Positions 1-11,002 of a stretch of 64,000 bases of DNA are shown here, piece after piece. The DNA is from Burkholderiales bacterium (GTDB lineage: Bacteria > Pseudomonadota > Gammaproteobacteria > Burkholderiales > SG8-41). Both the position numbers and the translations under genes were made by a program. Location: assembly GCA_038316355.1 (NCBI GenBank), contig JBBQAO010000009.1:9336-73335 (forward strand), read 5' to 3'. A model generated the notes under the pieces. The model made no database searches. It was not told the DNA's origin and was given only the letters and a program-made list of their open reading frames with translations. The number at the start of each line of letters is the position of its first letter. Within the stretch, counting starts at the first letter, position 1.

Positions 1-81
1 ATGACTGCGTGCCTTGGCCGCAAGCCGGCACGCAGTATGCAGCCGGTCGCCGCTCCGGGTATAAAAATCAATCTGGGTCAT
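1..81 (-). CDS. holC: DNA polymerase III chi subunit, N-terminal fragment (runs off window start)
   Basis: Minus-strand ATG at 81-79 gives MTQIDFYTRSGDRLHTACRLAAKARSH, which resembles HolC N-termini. The position directly downstream of pepA is the usual pepA-holC arrangement. Only 27 codons are visible. Confidence 0.5.
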   Translation of the reverse strand, partial: MTQIDFYTRSGDRLHTACRLAAKARSH

Positions 82-97
82 GCCGGGCCGCCGCCGC

Positions 98-1591
98 TCA
101 GCGTTTATCCGCCCGGGAGATCAGGAACTGGGTCAGCAGCGGCACCGGTCGACCGGTGGAGCCTTTTTCCTTGCCGGATTTCCAGGCGGTGCCGGCCACG
201 TCGAGATGGGCCCAGGGATATTTTTTGGTGAAACGGGAGAGGAAACACGCGGCGGTCACCGCGCCGGCGGGACGGCCGCCGATGTTGGCGAAATCCGCGA
301 AGTTGCTGTGCAGCTGATCCTGGTATTCGTCGTGCAGCGGCAGGTGCCAGGCGCCGTCGCCGGCGATCTCGCCCGCGGCCAGCACTTCGTGCGCCAGCGG
401 GTCGTTGTTGGCGAACAGGCCGCTTACCACATGACCGAGCGCGATGACGCAGGCGCCGGTGAGCGTGGCGATGTCGATGACTGCGGCGGGCTGGTAACGC
501 TCGGCGTAGGTCAGCGCGTCGCACAGGATCAGGCGGCCCTCGGCGTCGGTGTTGAGGATTTCCACGGTCTGGCCCGACATGCTGGTGACGATGTCGCCGG
601 GTTTGGTGGCGCGTCCGCCGGGCATGTTTTCGGTAGCGGGTATGATGCCGACCATGTTGACCGGAAGTTTCATTTCGGCAATGGCTTTGATGGTGCCCAG
701 CACGCTGCCGGCACCGCTCATGTCGTACTTCATTTCATCCATTTCCGGCGCCGGCTTGATCGAAATGCCGCCGGTGTCGAAAGTGACGCCCTTGCCGACC
801 AGCACCACCGGTTTCTGCCGCTTCGGTCCGCCGCTGTATTCAATAACGATCAGTTTCGGCGGTTCGCTGCTGCCCTGCGCCACCGACAGCAGCGTGTTCA
901 TGCCAAGTTTTTTCATGTCGGCACGTTCGAGCACCTGGATTTTCAGGCGGTAGTGTTTGGCGAGTTTGCGCGCTTCGTCGGCCAGATAAGCGGGCGTGCA
1001 GACATTGCCCGGCAGGTTGCCGAGATCACGGGCGAGGTTCACGCCATGGGCGAGTGCGAGTCCGCGCGCGAGTCCGCTTGCGGCGCGTTTGACGTCAGCC
1101 TGGGTTTTCACCGAGAGCACGGCCTTGCTCAATGCCGACGCGGTTTTTTCCGGCTTGCTTTTCATCTGTCCGAAACGGTAGTTCGTGGTGCGTGCGGCAC
1201 AGGCAGCCTGCATCGCCTTCCACTCGATGTCGCGGTGGCCGACACTGAGCTCGGTGAGGTGCAGTTCGGCATCGGTTGTACCGGTGCTGGCGAGGGCGCC
1301 GATGGCCGCGGTGACGCTGCGGCGGAATTGTTTTTCTCCGAATTCGGCCTCTGCGCCCAGTCCGACCAGCAGCACGCGCGCACTGCCAATGCCGGACACG
1401 TCGTGCAGCAACAAGGTGCTGCCGATGCGGCCTTCCATGTCGCCGCGCTGCAGCACGCGGCGCAGGTAACCTTTGGTGGCGTGATCGATTGCCGTGGCGG
1501 CGTCGCTCAGTGTCCTGCCGGCGTATACGCCGACCACGGTGCAGCCGCTGGCGTTGCGGCCCGGAACGAGGGGTTTTATGCTAAATTCCAC
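98..1591 (-). CDS. pepA: leucyl aminopeptidase (M17 family)
   Basis: 497 aa ORF with the M17 signature [17 protein letters not shown] and a [11 protein letters not shown] motif. Confidence 0.95.
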   Translation of the reverse strand: MEFSIKPLVPGRNASGCTVVGVYAGRTLSDAATAIDHATKGYLRRVLQRGDMEGRIGSTLLLHDVSGIGSARVLLVGLGAEAEFGEKQFRRSVTAAIGALASTGTTDAELHLTELSVGHRDIEWKAMQAACAARTTNYRFGQMKSKPEKTASALSKAVLSVKTQADVKRAASGLARGLALAHGVNLARDLGNLPGNVCTPAYLADEARKLAKHYRLKIQVLERADMKKLGMNTLLSVAQGSSEPPKLIVIEYSGGPKRQKPVVLVGKGVTFDTGGISIKPAPEMDEMKYDMSGAGSVLGTIKAIAEMKLPVNMVGIIPATENMPGGRATKPGDIVTSMSGQTVEILNTDAEGRLILCDALTYAERYQPAAVIDIATLTGACVIALGHVVSGLFANNDPLAHEVLAAGEIAGDGAWHLPLHDEYQDQLHSNFADFANIGGRPAGAVTAACFLSRFTKKYPWAHLDVAGTAWKSGKEKGSTGRPVPLLTQFLISRADKR

Positions 1592-1814
1592 GCGTCAACT
1601 CCTATGCGCATTAGGTTCTTTTCAGGAACATGTCTGGCGATCCGTGTCGTACCGCATTGTGTGCGGAACCGGCCATCGTGAGCATCGTTGAAACCCGGCG
1701 ACAAGTGCGGCAAAAACATGTGCAAGACGTGCAACACACCGTGCAGCAACACACCGGCATCCAGCATCATCCATTGATTATCTGCGCGTTCATTTCAAAA
1801 AGCAAAATGCCGGC

Positions 1815-2894
1815 ATGATTTTCCGCTCTGCATTGCTGCGTGAACTTGCGACCTCGGCGGTCGCGATATTCCTGGTCCTGCTCGGCATTTCCATTACCAC
1901 CCAGCTGGTGCGTCTTCTGGGTCAGGCAGCCAGCGGGCTGATAACCTCCACGGGTGTCGTTGCCCTGCTCGGGTTCACACTGGTCGGCTACCTGCCGATC
2001 CTGCTCTCGGTGACACTGTTCATTGCGGTGTTGATGACGCTGACCCGCAGTTACCGGGATTCGGAAATGGTGGTGTGGTTTTCCTGCGGCCTCGGTCTGA
2101 CCCGCTGGATCCGGCCGGTGCTGACTTTTTCCCTGCCGCTGGTGCTGACGATTGCGCTGCTGTCGCTGTTGCTCTCGCCATGGGCGGTGCAGAAGGCCGA
2201 GGATTTTCGCCGCCAGATGGACAGCCGCGATGAAGTGGCGCAGGTGACGCCGGGCGTGTTCCATGAATCGCGCCGGGCCGACCGGGTGTACCTGGTTGAG
2301 GAGGTTGCCGGCAAGGCCAACCTGGTGGCCAATGTGTTTGTCAGCTCGACCCAGAACGGCAAGCTCGGCGTGATGGTCGCGCAGAGCGGTTTCCAGGAAA
2401 CCGCAGCCAACGGCGACCGTTTCCTGGTGTTGCTTAACGGCCGTCGTTACGAGGGTGAGCCAGGCTCCCCTGAATACAAGATTTTCGAGTTCGGGCGTTA
2501 CGCGATGCGCATCGAGACTGCGGAGTCCGTGGCTCGGGCACCCACGACCAAGACCATGTCGACATTGGACCTGATGCGCGATCCGGATCCGCGCAATCTC
2601 GGCGAATTGTCCTGGCGCGTGGGCCTCCCCGCGAGCGCGCTGATTCTGTGCCTGCTGGCCATTCCGCTGTCGTTCGTGAATCCCCGCGCCGGCCGCTCGA
2701 TGAACATCGTGCTGGCGATACTGGTGTACATGGTCTACAGCAATCTGCTGTCGATCATGCAGGCGTCTATCGCGCAGTCCCGGATTGATTTTTTCATCGG
2801 CATGTGGGGCGTGCATGCGGCCATGGTGCTGCTGCTGCTGGGAATGTTCTATCGGCGGCTTTCGGTGTTCTCGTTGTGGCGGCTGCTGCGGTGA
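1815..2894 (+). CDS. lptF: LPS export ABC transporter permease LptF
   Basis: 359 aa YjgP/YjgQ-type membrane protein (MIFRSALLRELA...). It is divergent from pepA and followed by lptG, as in many proteobacteria. Confidence 0.9.
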   Translation: MIFRSALLRELATSAVAIFLVLLGISITTQLVRLLGQAASGLITSTGVVALLGFTLVGYLPILLSVTLFIAVLMTLTRSYRDSEMVVWFSCGLGLTRWIRPVLTFSLPLVLTIALLSLLLSPWAVQKAEDFRRQMDSRDEVAQVTPGVFHESRRADRVYLVEEVAGKANLVANVFVSSTQNGKLGVMVAQSGFQETAANGDRFLVLLNGRRYEGEPGSPEYKIFEFGRYAMRIETAESVARAPTTKTMSTLDLMRDPDPRNLGELSWRVGLPASALILCLLAIPLSFVNPRAGRSMNIVLAILVYMVYSNLLSIMQASIAQSRIDFFIGMWGVHAAMVLLLLGMFYRRLSVFSLWRLLR

Positions 2895-3964
2895 GGACGC
2901 TGCGCAACTATGTGGCACGGGAAGTCGCGATGGCGACTTTTCTGGTGTTCGTCGCGTTGCTGCTGCTGTTCGCGTTTTTTGATCTGGTGGAGCAAATGAA
3001 GGATCTCGGGCGTGGCGGCTACCAGTTGCGCCACATCCTGCTACACGTGCTGCTGTCTGCCCCGAATCATGTCTATGAGCTGTTTCCGATTGCCGCGTTG
3101 ATCGGCACGCTGTTTGCGCTGGCGCAACTGGTGGCGAGCTCGGAATACACGGTGATGCGCGCCTCCGGCGTGTCGCTGGTGCGCATAGTGGGCGCGCTTG
3201 CGACTGTGGGCGTGGCGTTCGGCGCGCTGACTTTTGTTGTCGGCGAGTTTGTCGCGCCGCCCGCCGAACAGTACGCGCAGAGGCTGCGCTCGCAGGCGAT
3301 TTCCGGCATCGTGGCGCAGGAGTTTCGCTCCGGTTTGTGGATCAAGGACGGCACCGCTTTTGTGAATGTGCTCGAGGTCACACCTTCCGGTGGACTTAAG
3401 GGGCTGCGGATTTACGAATTCGATGCAAACTACCGCCTGCGCAATCTCCGCTTTGCCGCAGGCGCGGAGTACAAGGGCGACAACCGCTGGCAACTGATGG
3501 ATGTTGCGCAAACGACCTTTGAGGGTTTGAAAACGCGGGTGAGCAATATTGAGCGCATGGACTGGCAGTCGGTGCTCGAACCGGCGTTGCTCACGGTGCT
3601 GCTGGTCAAGCCGGAGAAAATGTCGGCGTGGAGCCTGTATTCCTACGCACAGCATCTGAAGGAGAACCGGCAGAAGGCGCTGCGCTATGAAATCGCCCTG
3701 TGGATCAAGCTCCTGTACCCGGTGGCGGTGCTGGTGATGATGGTGCTGGCGCTGCCGTTCGCCTACTTCCAGAGCCGTCAGGGGGGGGTCGGTGCAAAGT
3801 TGTTCGCCGGCATCATGCTGGGGCTGGCATTTCATTTCCTCAATCGCCTGTTCGGGCATCTGGGGCTGCTCTATGACTGGCCGCCGTTCTCCAGCGCCGT
3901 GGTGCCGACGATGCTGTTCCTCAGCATTGCGCTGGGCATGATGTGGTGGCAGGAACGGCGCTGA
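2891..3964 (+). CDS. lptG: LPS export ABC transporter permease LptG
   Basis: YjgP/YjgQ family. I place the start at GTG 2891 (VRTLRNYVAREV...), which overlaps the lptF stop as GTGA. The ORF-track start at 2804 would overlap lptF by 90 nt. Confidence 0.88.
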   Translation: MRTLRNYVAREVAMATFLVFVALLLLFAFFDLVEQMKDLGRGGYQLRHILLHVLLSAPNHVYELFPIAALIGTLFALAQLVASSEYTVMRASGVSLVRIVGALATVGVAFGALTFVVGEFVAPPAEQYAQRLRSQAISGIVAQEFRSGLWIKDGTAFVNVLEVTPSGGLKGLRIYEFDANYRLRNLRFAAGAEYKGDNRWQLMDVAQTTFEGLKTRVSNIERMDWQSVLEPALLTVLLVKPEKMSAWSLYSYAQHLKENRQKALRYEIALWIKLLYPVAVLVMMVLALPFAYFQSRQGGVGAKLFAGIMLGLAFHFLNRLFGHLGLLYDWPPFSSAVVPTMLFLSIALGMMWWQERR

Positions 3965-3973
3965 GCCTGCTAC

Positions 3974-4393
3974 TCATCCGCTGACGACCAACCGGGTTCC
4001 GGCCAGCCGGTCGTGCAGAAACTGCCCGTCGCGGTCGATCAAAGCCCAGATGATTGACAGGCCCAGCAGCAGATAACCGGCGGTTGCGAGAGCGGCGCGC
4101 AATAACGCCCGCGGCACTTCGACGGGGGTGCCATTGACGGTTTCAAGGCGCATGCGCCAGGTTTTCATCGGCAGCGTCTGCCCGCTGCGCTGCCACTGCC
4201 AGACAAAATAAGCAGCACATGCTGCGCTGCCGATCACCTGAGTGAACAGCCGCGCGTACCCGGGATTGGTGATTTGCGCCAAGGCTGCTGCAGCGCCGCC
4301 GGCGGTCAGCACGACCACGGTGAGAAGCAAAATCTCGTAGACGAGGCTGAGCAGGCGTCTGCCGATGCCTGGCGTTCTGGAGCTTGCCGTCAC
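3974..4393 (-). CDS. RDD family membrane protein
   Basis: 139 aa with several TM segments and the C-terminal RDGQFLHDRLAGTRLV motif typical of RDD domains. Confidence 0.75.
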   Translation of the reverse strand: MTASSRTPGIGRRLLSLVYEILLLTVVVLTAGGAAAALAQITNPGYARLFTQVIGSAACAAYFVWQWQRSGQTLPMKTWRMRLETVNGTPVEVPRALLRAALATAGYLLLGLSIIWALIDRDGQFLHDRLAGTRLVVSG

Positions 4394-4869
4394 TGCCGTT
4401 GGGTTGAGGGTGCTGGAGCAGAACCGGTGCCCGGTGTGATGAGTTCGCCAACCGGTGGATCAAACGGAGTTTCGGACTGGGCCAGGGAACTTTTGTAGTC
4501 GCGGTATTGCTTGGCCATGTTGCGGCGCTGTTCCGGAGTCAGTTTTTTCAGTTCCTTGTAGCGGTCCCGCGCGGCCTGGCGCTGGGCAGGAGTCAGCGCG
4601 GCCCAGTCTTTCATCCGTTTCTGCAGCCGCTGCTGGTCGGCAGGCTTCATTTTCGGATAACGGTCGGCGATGGCGACCCATTTTTTGCGCCGCGTGGAAT
4701 CCATTTCGGGCCACTCTGCGGCAAGGGGGGCGAGCACCTGTTGCTGCGCGGGCGCGAGTTCCGACCAAGTCGGTTTTACGGGTTTAGCGCCCTGTTTTGC
4801 AGGCTGTGCGGCGACGGCAGGAAGCGCAAGGCATAGCCAGAGGATCAGCGCGATTGCCGGTTTAGCCAT
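4390..4869 (-). CDS. DUF3106 domain-containing secreted protein
   Basis: Signal peptide followed by repeated W..L.P.QR helices (WSELAPAQQQ, WAALTPAQRQ, LTPEQRR). Its start overlaps the stop of the upstream gene. Confidence 0.7.
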   Translation of the reverse strand: MAKPAIALILWLCLALPAVAAQPAKQGAKPVKPTWSELAPAQQQVLAPLAAEWPEMDSTRRKKWVAIADRYPKMKPADQQRLQKRMKDWAALTPAQRQAARDRYKELKKLTPEQRRNMAKQYRDYKSSLAQSETPFDPPVGELITPGTGSAPAPSTQRQ

Positions 4870-5231
4870 GAATCGAAGCCCTTGTCGAGGTAGGCATCGA
4901 TCGGCAGGTCGTCGGTCAGCAACCGAACGTCAAGATCGGCCAATTCATTATTTTGCCAGCTGCCGGATTGCCAGTAACCGATGCTGATCAGCCCCATGAC
5001 CAGCAGGGCGATGGGCAGCGCGTAGTGCAGGCCCGTGGCCGGACGGTCGCTGTTTCGCGATGACCATGATCCTGCCCAGGCGAGTTTCCAGCCCGGCGCT
5101 GTGCGAAATCCGGCCAGCGCGTGTTTACGTGCTGCCGCCAGTTTTGCCACGGTGTCGCCACCCATGTCGCGGGTACTGCGGTCGAGCACCCGGGCGATTT
5201 TTTTCGCGGTCTCGTGTTCATGGGCATTCAT
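4845..5231 (-). CDS. DUF3619 family protein
   Basis: 128 aa with one TM segment. It sits in the conserved position between an ECF sigma gene and DUF3106 and is translationally coupled to the sigma gene. Confidence 0.6.
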   Translation of the reverse strand: MNAHEHETAKKIARVLDRSTRDMGGDTVAKLAAARKHALAGFRTAPGWKLAWAGSWSSRNSDRPATGLHYALPIALLVMGLISIGYWQSGSWQNNELADLDVRLLTDDLPIDAYLDKGFDSWLNRQSR

Positions 5232-5794
5232 AGCTCAATTCCCTGTTTTCTGAGCAATATCGCCAATGCATGCGTGGCCCGGGAGCAATGCGTTTTAACG
5301 CTACCCTCCGAGCATCCCATGGCTTTAGCGGTTTCGGCGACATCCAGTTCCTCCCAGTAACGCAACATGAATGCCTGACGTTGACGCAGCGGCAGAGTTG
5401 CCACGGCTTTCTCAATAAAATCAAGAACTTGTTTTTGTTCGAACTGTTCGGCAGGGCGGTTGGCGACTTTCGAGGTGTTGTCGACTTCCAAGGTTTCCAG
5501 CGGATCATAGTCTTCGTCGGCGTCGCTGCCAAACAGCGTGCTGAGCGGGGTGAGCCAGGCGGAGCGTACTTTCTGGCGGCGGAAGAAGTCGCGGATGGCG
5601 TTCTGCAGGATGCGCTGGAATAGCATCGGGAACTCGGTGACCGGGCGGTCCGAGTATTTCCCCGAGAGTTTAAACATGGCGTCCTGCACGATATCCAGCG
5701 CAAGATGTTCATCCCGCACGGAAAATACCGCCTGCTTGAACGCCCTGCGCTCGACTCCGGCCAGGAAATCCGCGAGTTCCTTGTATGTGGCCAG
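5228..5794 (-). CDS. ECF-type RNA polymerase sigma factor (start uncertain, possibly CTG at 5794)
   Basis: Sigma-70 region 2 (ALDIVQDAMFKL, FPMLFQRILQNAIRDFFRR) and region 4 (LRQRQAFMLRYWEELDVAETAKAMGCSEGSVKTHCSRA). The track ORF starts at GTG 5719, but conserved-looking in-frame sequence continues upstream (LATYKELADFLAGVERRAFKQAVFS). Confidence 0.85.
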   Translation of the reverse strand: MATYKELADFLAGVERRAFKQAVFSVRDEHLALDIVQDAMFKLSGKYSDRPVTEFPMLFQRILQNAIRDFFRRQKVRSAWLTPLSTLFGSDADEDYDPLETLEVDNTSKVANRPAEQFEQKQVLDFIEKAVATLPLRQRQAFMLRYWEELDVAETAKAMGCSEGSVKTHCSRATHALAILLRKQGIEL

Positions 5795-6043
5795 CTGGGT
5801 GCCTTTTTTTATGTGCCGGCGCCGATGGTGGCGCGACGGGGGCTCGGAAATCCTTGGGTTCGCGGCATCTTAGCAAAACAGCGGGTTGAGGCAAGGGCTG
5901 TTTAGTGTGCTCTGCAAACGCTTGTATCCTGCTGTTTACAGAGATATTTTGCTTGACCGACGGAGCTTCGCGCGGTAACGTTTCCGGTTTCCTCCTCGCC
6001 TTAAACTCGCGTTGAGCGTTCCAACACGAGCGGGTCCAAAATC

Positions 6044-7741
6044 ATGCAATTGTCGGGTGCAGAGATCGTTGTGCGCTGCCTGCAGGAAGAAGGCATAGAC
6101 CATATCTTCGGATATCCGGGCGGCGCTGTGTTGTTCCTGTATGACGAGCTGTTCAAACAGGACAAAGTCAAACATGTGCTGGTTCGCCACGAGCAGGCGG
6201 CGGTGCATGCGGCCGATGCCTACGCGCGGTCCACCCACAAGGTCGGCGTCGCGCTGGTGACCTCCGGTCCCGGCGTGACCAATGCGATCACCGGCATCGC
6301 CACAGCGTACATGGATTCCATCCCGATGGTGATCCTGACCGGGCAGGTGCCTACCCACGCCATCGGCGAAGATGCTTTTCAGGAGTGCGATACCGTCGGC
6401 ATCACGCGTCCCTGCGTGAAGCACAATTTCCTGGTGAAGGACGTCAAGGATCTGGCGCTGACCATCAAGAAAGCGTTTTACATCGCGTCCACGGGCCGGC
6501 CGGGTCCGGTGGTGGTCGATATCCCCAAAGACATCACCGCAATGAAGGCGGACTTCGAATATCCGAAGTCGATCAGCATGCGTTCGTATAACCCCGTGGT
6601 CAAAGGGCACGCCGGGCAGATCAAGAAAGCCGTGAAACTGTTGCTCGAAGCCAAGCGCCCGATGATTTATGCCGGCGGCGGCGTGATCCTCGGCAATGCT
6701 TCGGCGGAACTGACCCAGCTGGTGAAGCTGATCGGGTTTCCGTGCACCAACACGCTGATGGGGCTGGGCGGGTTCCCGGCCACCGACCGCCATTCGCTCG
6801 GCATGCTTGGCATGCATGGCACCTACGAGGCCAACATGGCCATGCAGCATTGCGATGTGCTGCTGGCCGTTGGCGCACGTTTCGATGATCGCGTGATCGG
6901 CAATCCCAAACATTTTTTCGAGCAGCCGCGCCAGATTATCCATATCGACATTGATCCCGCCTCCATATCCAAGCGCGTGAAAGTTGATGTGCCGGTGGTG
7001 GGTAATGTGGGCGAGGTGCTGAAAGAGCTGATTCGCCAGATCGAAGCGGCGCGCGGCGGTCCGGACAAGGAATCACTGAAGGCATGGTGGGCGCAGATCG
7101 AGCAGTGGCGCGGACGCGACTGCCTCAAGTACGACCGCTCAAGTGCGATCATCAAGCCGCAGTTTGTGATCGAGAAGCTCTACCAGGTGACCAAGGGTGA
7201 TGCATTCATCACCTCCGACGTCGGCCAGCATCAGATGTGGGCGGCGCAGTTCTACAAATTCGACAAGCCGCGGCGCTGGATCAATTCCGGCGGCCTGGGC
7301 ACGATGGGGGTTGGCCTGCCATACGCGATGGGCGTGCAGATGGCGCATCCCAGGGCGACGGTTGCCTGCGTGACCGGCGAAGCGTCGATTCAGATGTGCA
7401 TCCAGGAATTGTCGACCTGCAAGCAATATCGTTTACCGGTGAAGCTGGTGAACCTGAACAACCGTTACATGGGCATGGTGCGGCAGTGGCAGGAATTTTT
7501 CCATGGCAATCGCTACGCAGAGTCGTACATGGATGCGCTGCCGGATTTCGTCAAGCTGGCCGAGGCTTATGGTCATGTCGGCATGCGCATCGACAAACCG
7601 GCGGATGTCGAGCCGGCGCTGAAGGAGGCCTTTGCCCGCAAGAAGGATCTGGTGTTCCTCGACTTCATCACCGACCAGACTGAAAATGTGTTTCCGATGG
7701 TGCCGGGCGGCAAGGGCCTGTCGGAAATGATCCTGGTCTGA
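6044..7741 (+). CDS. ilvI: acetolactate synthase (biosynthetic), large subunit
   Basis: 565 aa ThDP enzyme with GYPGGAVL and GGLGTMGVGLPYAMG motifs, followed by the small subunit gene. Confidence 0.95.
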   Translation: MQLSGAEIVVRCLQEEGIDHIFGYPGGAVLFLYDELFKQDKVKHVLVRHEQAAVHAADAYARSTHKVGVALVTSGPGVTNAITGIATAYMDSIPMVILTGQVPTHAIGEDAFQECDTVGITRPCVKHNFLVKDVKDLALTIKKAFYIASTGRPGPVVVDIPKDITAMKADFEYPKSISMRSYNPVVKGHAGQIKKAVKLLLEAKRPMIYAGGGVILGNASAELTQLVKLIGFPCTNTLMGLGGFPATDRHSLGMLGMHGTYEANMAMQHCDVLLAVGARFDDRVIGNPKHFFEQPRQIIHIDIDPASISKRVKVDVPVVGNVGEVLKELIRQIEAARGGPDKESLKAWWAQIEQWRGRDCLKYDRSSAIIKPQFVIEKLYQVTKGDAFITSDVGQHQMWAAQFYKFDKPRRWINSGGLGTMGVGLPYAMGVQMAHPRATVACVTGEASIQMCIQELSTCKQYRLPVKLVNLNNRYMGMVRQWQEFFHGNRYAESYMDALPDFVKLAEAYGHVGMRIDKPADVEPALKEAFARKKDLVFLDFITDQTENVFPMVPGGKGLSEMILV

Positions 7742-7745
7742 CGCC

Positions 7746-8237
7746 ATGAGACACATCATTTCGGTTTTGCTGGAAAACGAAGCGGGCGCGCTATCCCGGG
7801 TGGCCGGACTTTTTTCGGCGCGCGGCTACAACATCGAATCGCTGACCGTGGCGCCGACCGAGGACGCAACGCTGTCGCGGATGACCATCGTCACCTCCGG
7901 GTCTGACGACGTCATCGAGCAGATCAACAAACAGTTGAACAAGCTGGTGGATGTGGTCAAAGTCGTCGATCTTTCCGAGGGCGATCACATCGAGCGCGAA
8001 CTGATGCTGGTCAAGGTGCGCGCGATCGGCAAGGATCGTGAGGAAATGAAGCGCATGGCGGACATTTTTCGCGGGCGTATCATTGACGTCACCGACAAGG
8101 ATTACACAATAGAGCTGACCGGGCCGGGTTCGAAGCTCGACGCGTTCCTGAAAGCCATCGACCAGACCGCTATTCTGGAAACTGTCCGCACCGGCGCTTC
8201 CGGCATCGGCCGCGGCGAACGCATTTTAAAGGTTTGA
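7746..8237 (+). CDS. ilvH: acetolactate synthase small (regulatory) subunit
   Basis: 163 aa with an ACT domain N-terminus (MRHIISVLLENEAGALSRVAGLFSARGYNIESL). Confidence 0.95.
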   Translation: MRHIISVLLENEAGALSRVAGLFSARGYNIESLTVAPTEDATLSRMTIVTSGSDDVIEQINKQLNKLVDVVKVVDLSEGDHIERELMLVKVRAIGKDREEMKRMADIFRGRIIDVTDKDYTIELTGPGSKLDAFLKAIDQTAILETVRTGASGIGRGERILKV

Positions 8238-8273
8238 GGGGGCGGGCAGGGCGCTTGCCATGCCTGCGCATGA

Positions 8274-9320
<1,047 letters not shown>

Positions 9321-9329
9321 CGAACGCGT

Positions 9330-9390
9330 GAAAGGCGGTTTGCGCCGGGGAAATCGTCTCGAACGGCGAGCCCTGCGTAAACCGCCTTTC
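9330..9390 (+). other. long-range stem-loop between ilvC and psd (12-bp perfect stem, about 37-nt loop)
   Basis: GAAAGGCGGTTT (9330-9341) pairs with AAACCGCCTTTC (9379-9390). Only a weak T stretch follows, so a terminator or processing role is uncertain. Confidence 0.35.
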
Positions 9391-9401
9391 GCCATTTGTT
9401 G

Positions 9402-10046
9402 ATGACCCACTATCCCCATCCGATCATCGCCCGCGAAGGCTGGCCGTTCATCGCTACAGCGCTGGTGGTGGCCGCTGGCGTGCACGGTTACGCAGGTTTC
9501 GGCTGGGCGGCGTTCCCGTGGCTGATCCTGCTTTTCATGGTGCAGTTCTTCCGCGATCCGCCGCGGCAGATTCCCGCGGAAGCCAGGGCAGTGCTGTCGC
9601 CCGCGGACGGGCGCATTGTTTCCGTGGAAAAAACGCGCGACCCTTACCTCGAACGCGACGCGCTGAAGATCAGCGTGTTCATGAACGTGTTCAATGCGCA
9701 TTCCAACCGCAGCCCGGTGGATGGCGTGGTGGAGAAGACCTGGTATTTTCCCGGCAAGTTTTTCAACGCCGATCTGGCCAAGGCTTCCACGGAGAACGAG
9801 CGCGCGGTGATTTACCTGCGGACACCGGCTGGCCAGGATGTGACCTGCGTGCAGGTCGCCGGACTGATTGCCCGGCGCATCCTCTGTTACGCCAAAGAGG
9901 GGCAGCAACTGGCGCGTGGTGAGCGTTTCGGATTTATCCGTTTTGGTTCCCGCGTCGATGTTTATCTGCCGCTTGCGGCGTTGCCGCGGGTGAGCGTTGG
10001 CGACAAGGTCTACGCAACCGAGACCGTGCTGGCGGCGTTGCCTTGA
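9402..10046 (+). CDS. psd: phosphatidylserine decarboxylase proenzyme (short type)
   Basis: About 214 aa with a C-terminal IRFGSRVDV region containing the G-S self-cleavage site. ATG 9402 is chosen over the TTG at 9396. Confidence 0.85.
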   Translation: MTHYPHPIIAREGWPFIATALVVAAGVHGYAGFGWAAFPWLILLFMVQFFRDPPRQIPAEARAVLSPADGRIVSVEKTRDPYLERDALKISVFMNVFNAHSNRSPVDGVVEKTWYFPGKFFNADLAKASTENERAVIYLRTPAGQDVTCVQVAGLIARRILCYAKEGQQLARGERFGFIRFGSRVDVYLPLAALPRVSVGDKVYATETVLAALP

Positions 10047-10107
10047 CGCCCGGTGTGCGGCGGACTTCCCTGACGCTGCCCTGGTCTATGGTTTAAGATT
10101 GCCCACC

Positions 10108-10929
10108 ATGTCCGAATTCAAGGAACACAAACAGTTCATCAAATCCCGCTTTGCGCGGCGCGGGATCTATTGGCTGCCCAACATGTTCACTCTCGCGGCG
10201 CTGTTTGCCGGCTTCTATGCCATCGTGCAGGCGGTAGGCGGTCGCTTTGAACAGGCGGCGATTGCGATATTCGTGGCGCTGGTGCTCGACGGCCTGGATG
10301 GTCGCGTGGCGCGGCTGACGCATACCCAAAGCGCGTTCGGCGCCGAACTCGACAGTCTCTCCGACATGGTGTCGTTCGGCGTGGCGCCGGCGCTGGTGGT
10401 TTATGTGTGGGCGCTGAAGGACTTCGCCGCAATGAATACCGTGCCGCTGCTCGGGCCGTGGCTGTCCGCGAAACTCGGCTGGATTGCGGCTTTTGTCTAT
10501 TGCGCCTGCGCGGCGTTGCGGCTCGCGCGCTTCAATACCAACATCGATGTTGTCGACAAACGTTTTTTCCAGGGACTGCCCAGCCCCGCGGCGGCGGCAC
10601 TGGTTGCCGGGCTGGTGCTGGCGATGAGCGAATATCAGGTCAAGGGCGCCGACGTGAAATGGCTGGCCTGGGGGCTGACGCTGGTGGCTGGTCTGACCAT
10701 GGTCAGCAATCTGCGTTTCTACAGCGGCAAGGACATCAACCTGCGCAAAAGCGTACCGTTTTCAGTGGTGGTCGCCATTGCGCTGGGTTTTGTGCTGCTG
10801 ATCTCTTTTGCGAACACGATACCCGAACTCCTGTTCACGCTGTTCGGGCTGTACGGTCTTTCAGGATATGCACTTTGGGTTTATGACCGGTTCCGCCGCA
10901 AAACCCCGCTGCCGGCGACCCCAGAGTAG
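10108..10929 (+). CDS. pssA: CDP-diacylglycerol--serine O-phosphatidyltransferase
   Basis: CDP-alcohol phosphatidyltransferase motif DGLDGRVARLTHTQSAFGAELDSLSDM. The start is placed at ATG 10108 (MSEFKEHK...) and not at the track start 9997, which overlaps psd. Confidence 0.9.
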   Translation: MSEFKEHKQFIKSRFARRGIYWLPNMFTLAALFAGFYAIVQAVGGRFEQAAIAIFVALVLDGLDGRVARLTHTQSAFGAELDSLSDMVSFGVAPALVVYVWALKDFAAMNTVPLLGPWLSAKLGWIAAFVYCACAALRLARFNTNIDVVDKRFFQGLPSPAAAALVAGLVLAMSEYQVKGADVKWLAWGLTLVAGLTMVSNLRFYSGKDINLRKSVPFSVVVAIALGFVLLISFANTIPELLFTLFGLYGLSGYALWVYDRFRRKTPLPATPE

Positions 10930-10966
10930 TCGGCTTGCACGGCCGGAAAAAAGCCGATATATTTCC
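10930..10966 (+). terminator. possible weak terminator hairpin after pssA
   Basis: TCGGCTT (10930-10936) pairs with AAGCCGA (10951-10957) and is followed by TATATATTT. The stem is short and the loop is 14 nt. Confidence 0.3.
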
Positions 10967-11002
10967 CGGTATGGATCGTTTAACGCAGACCCAAAAATCC
11001 CG

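Noticed and set aside
80-1681. 533-aa ORF on the plus strand across pepA. Similar long ORFs occur at 1767-2918(-), 8274-9908(-), 19504-20463(-), 21981-23318(+), 23153-24652(+), 26815-29037(-), 29047-30270(-), 32153-33640(-), 48852-50099(-) and 54142-56490(-).
   Set aside because: All lie antisense to, or out of frame with, genes that carry clear family motifs. Their translations are Arg/Ala/Gly/His-rich low-complexity strings, typical of shadow ORFs in high-GC DNA. None shows a recognisable domain.
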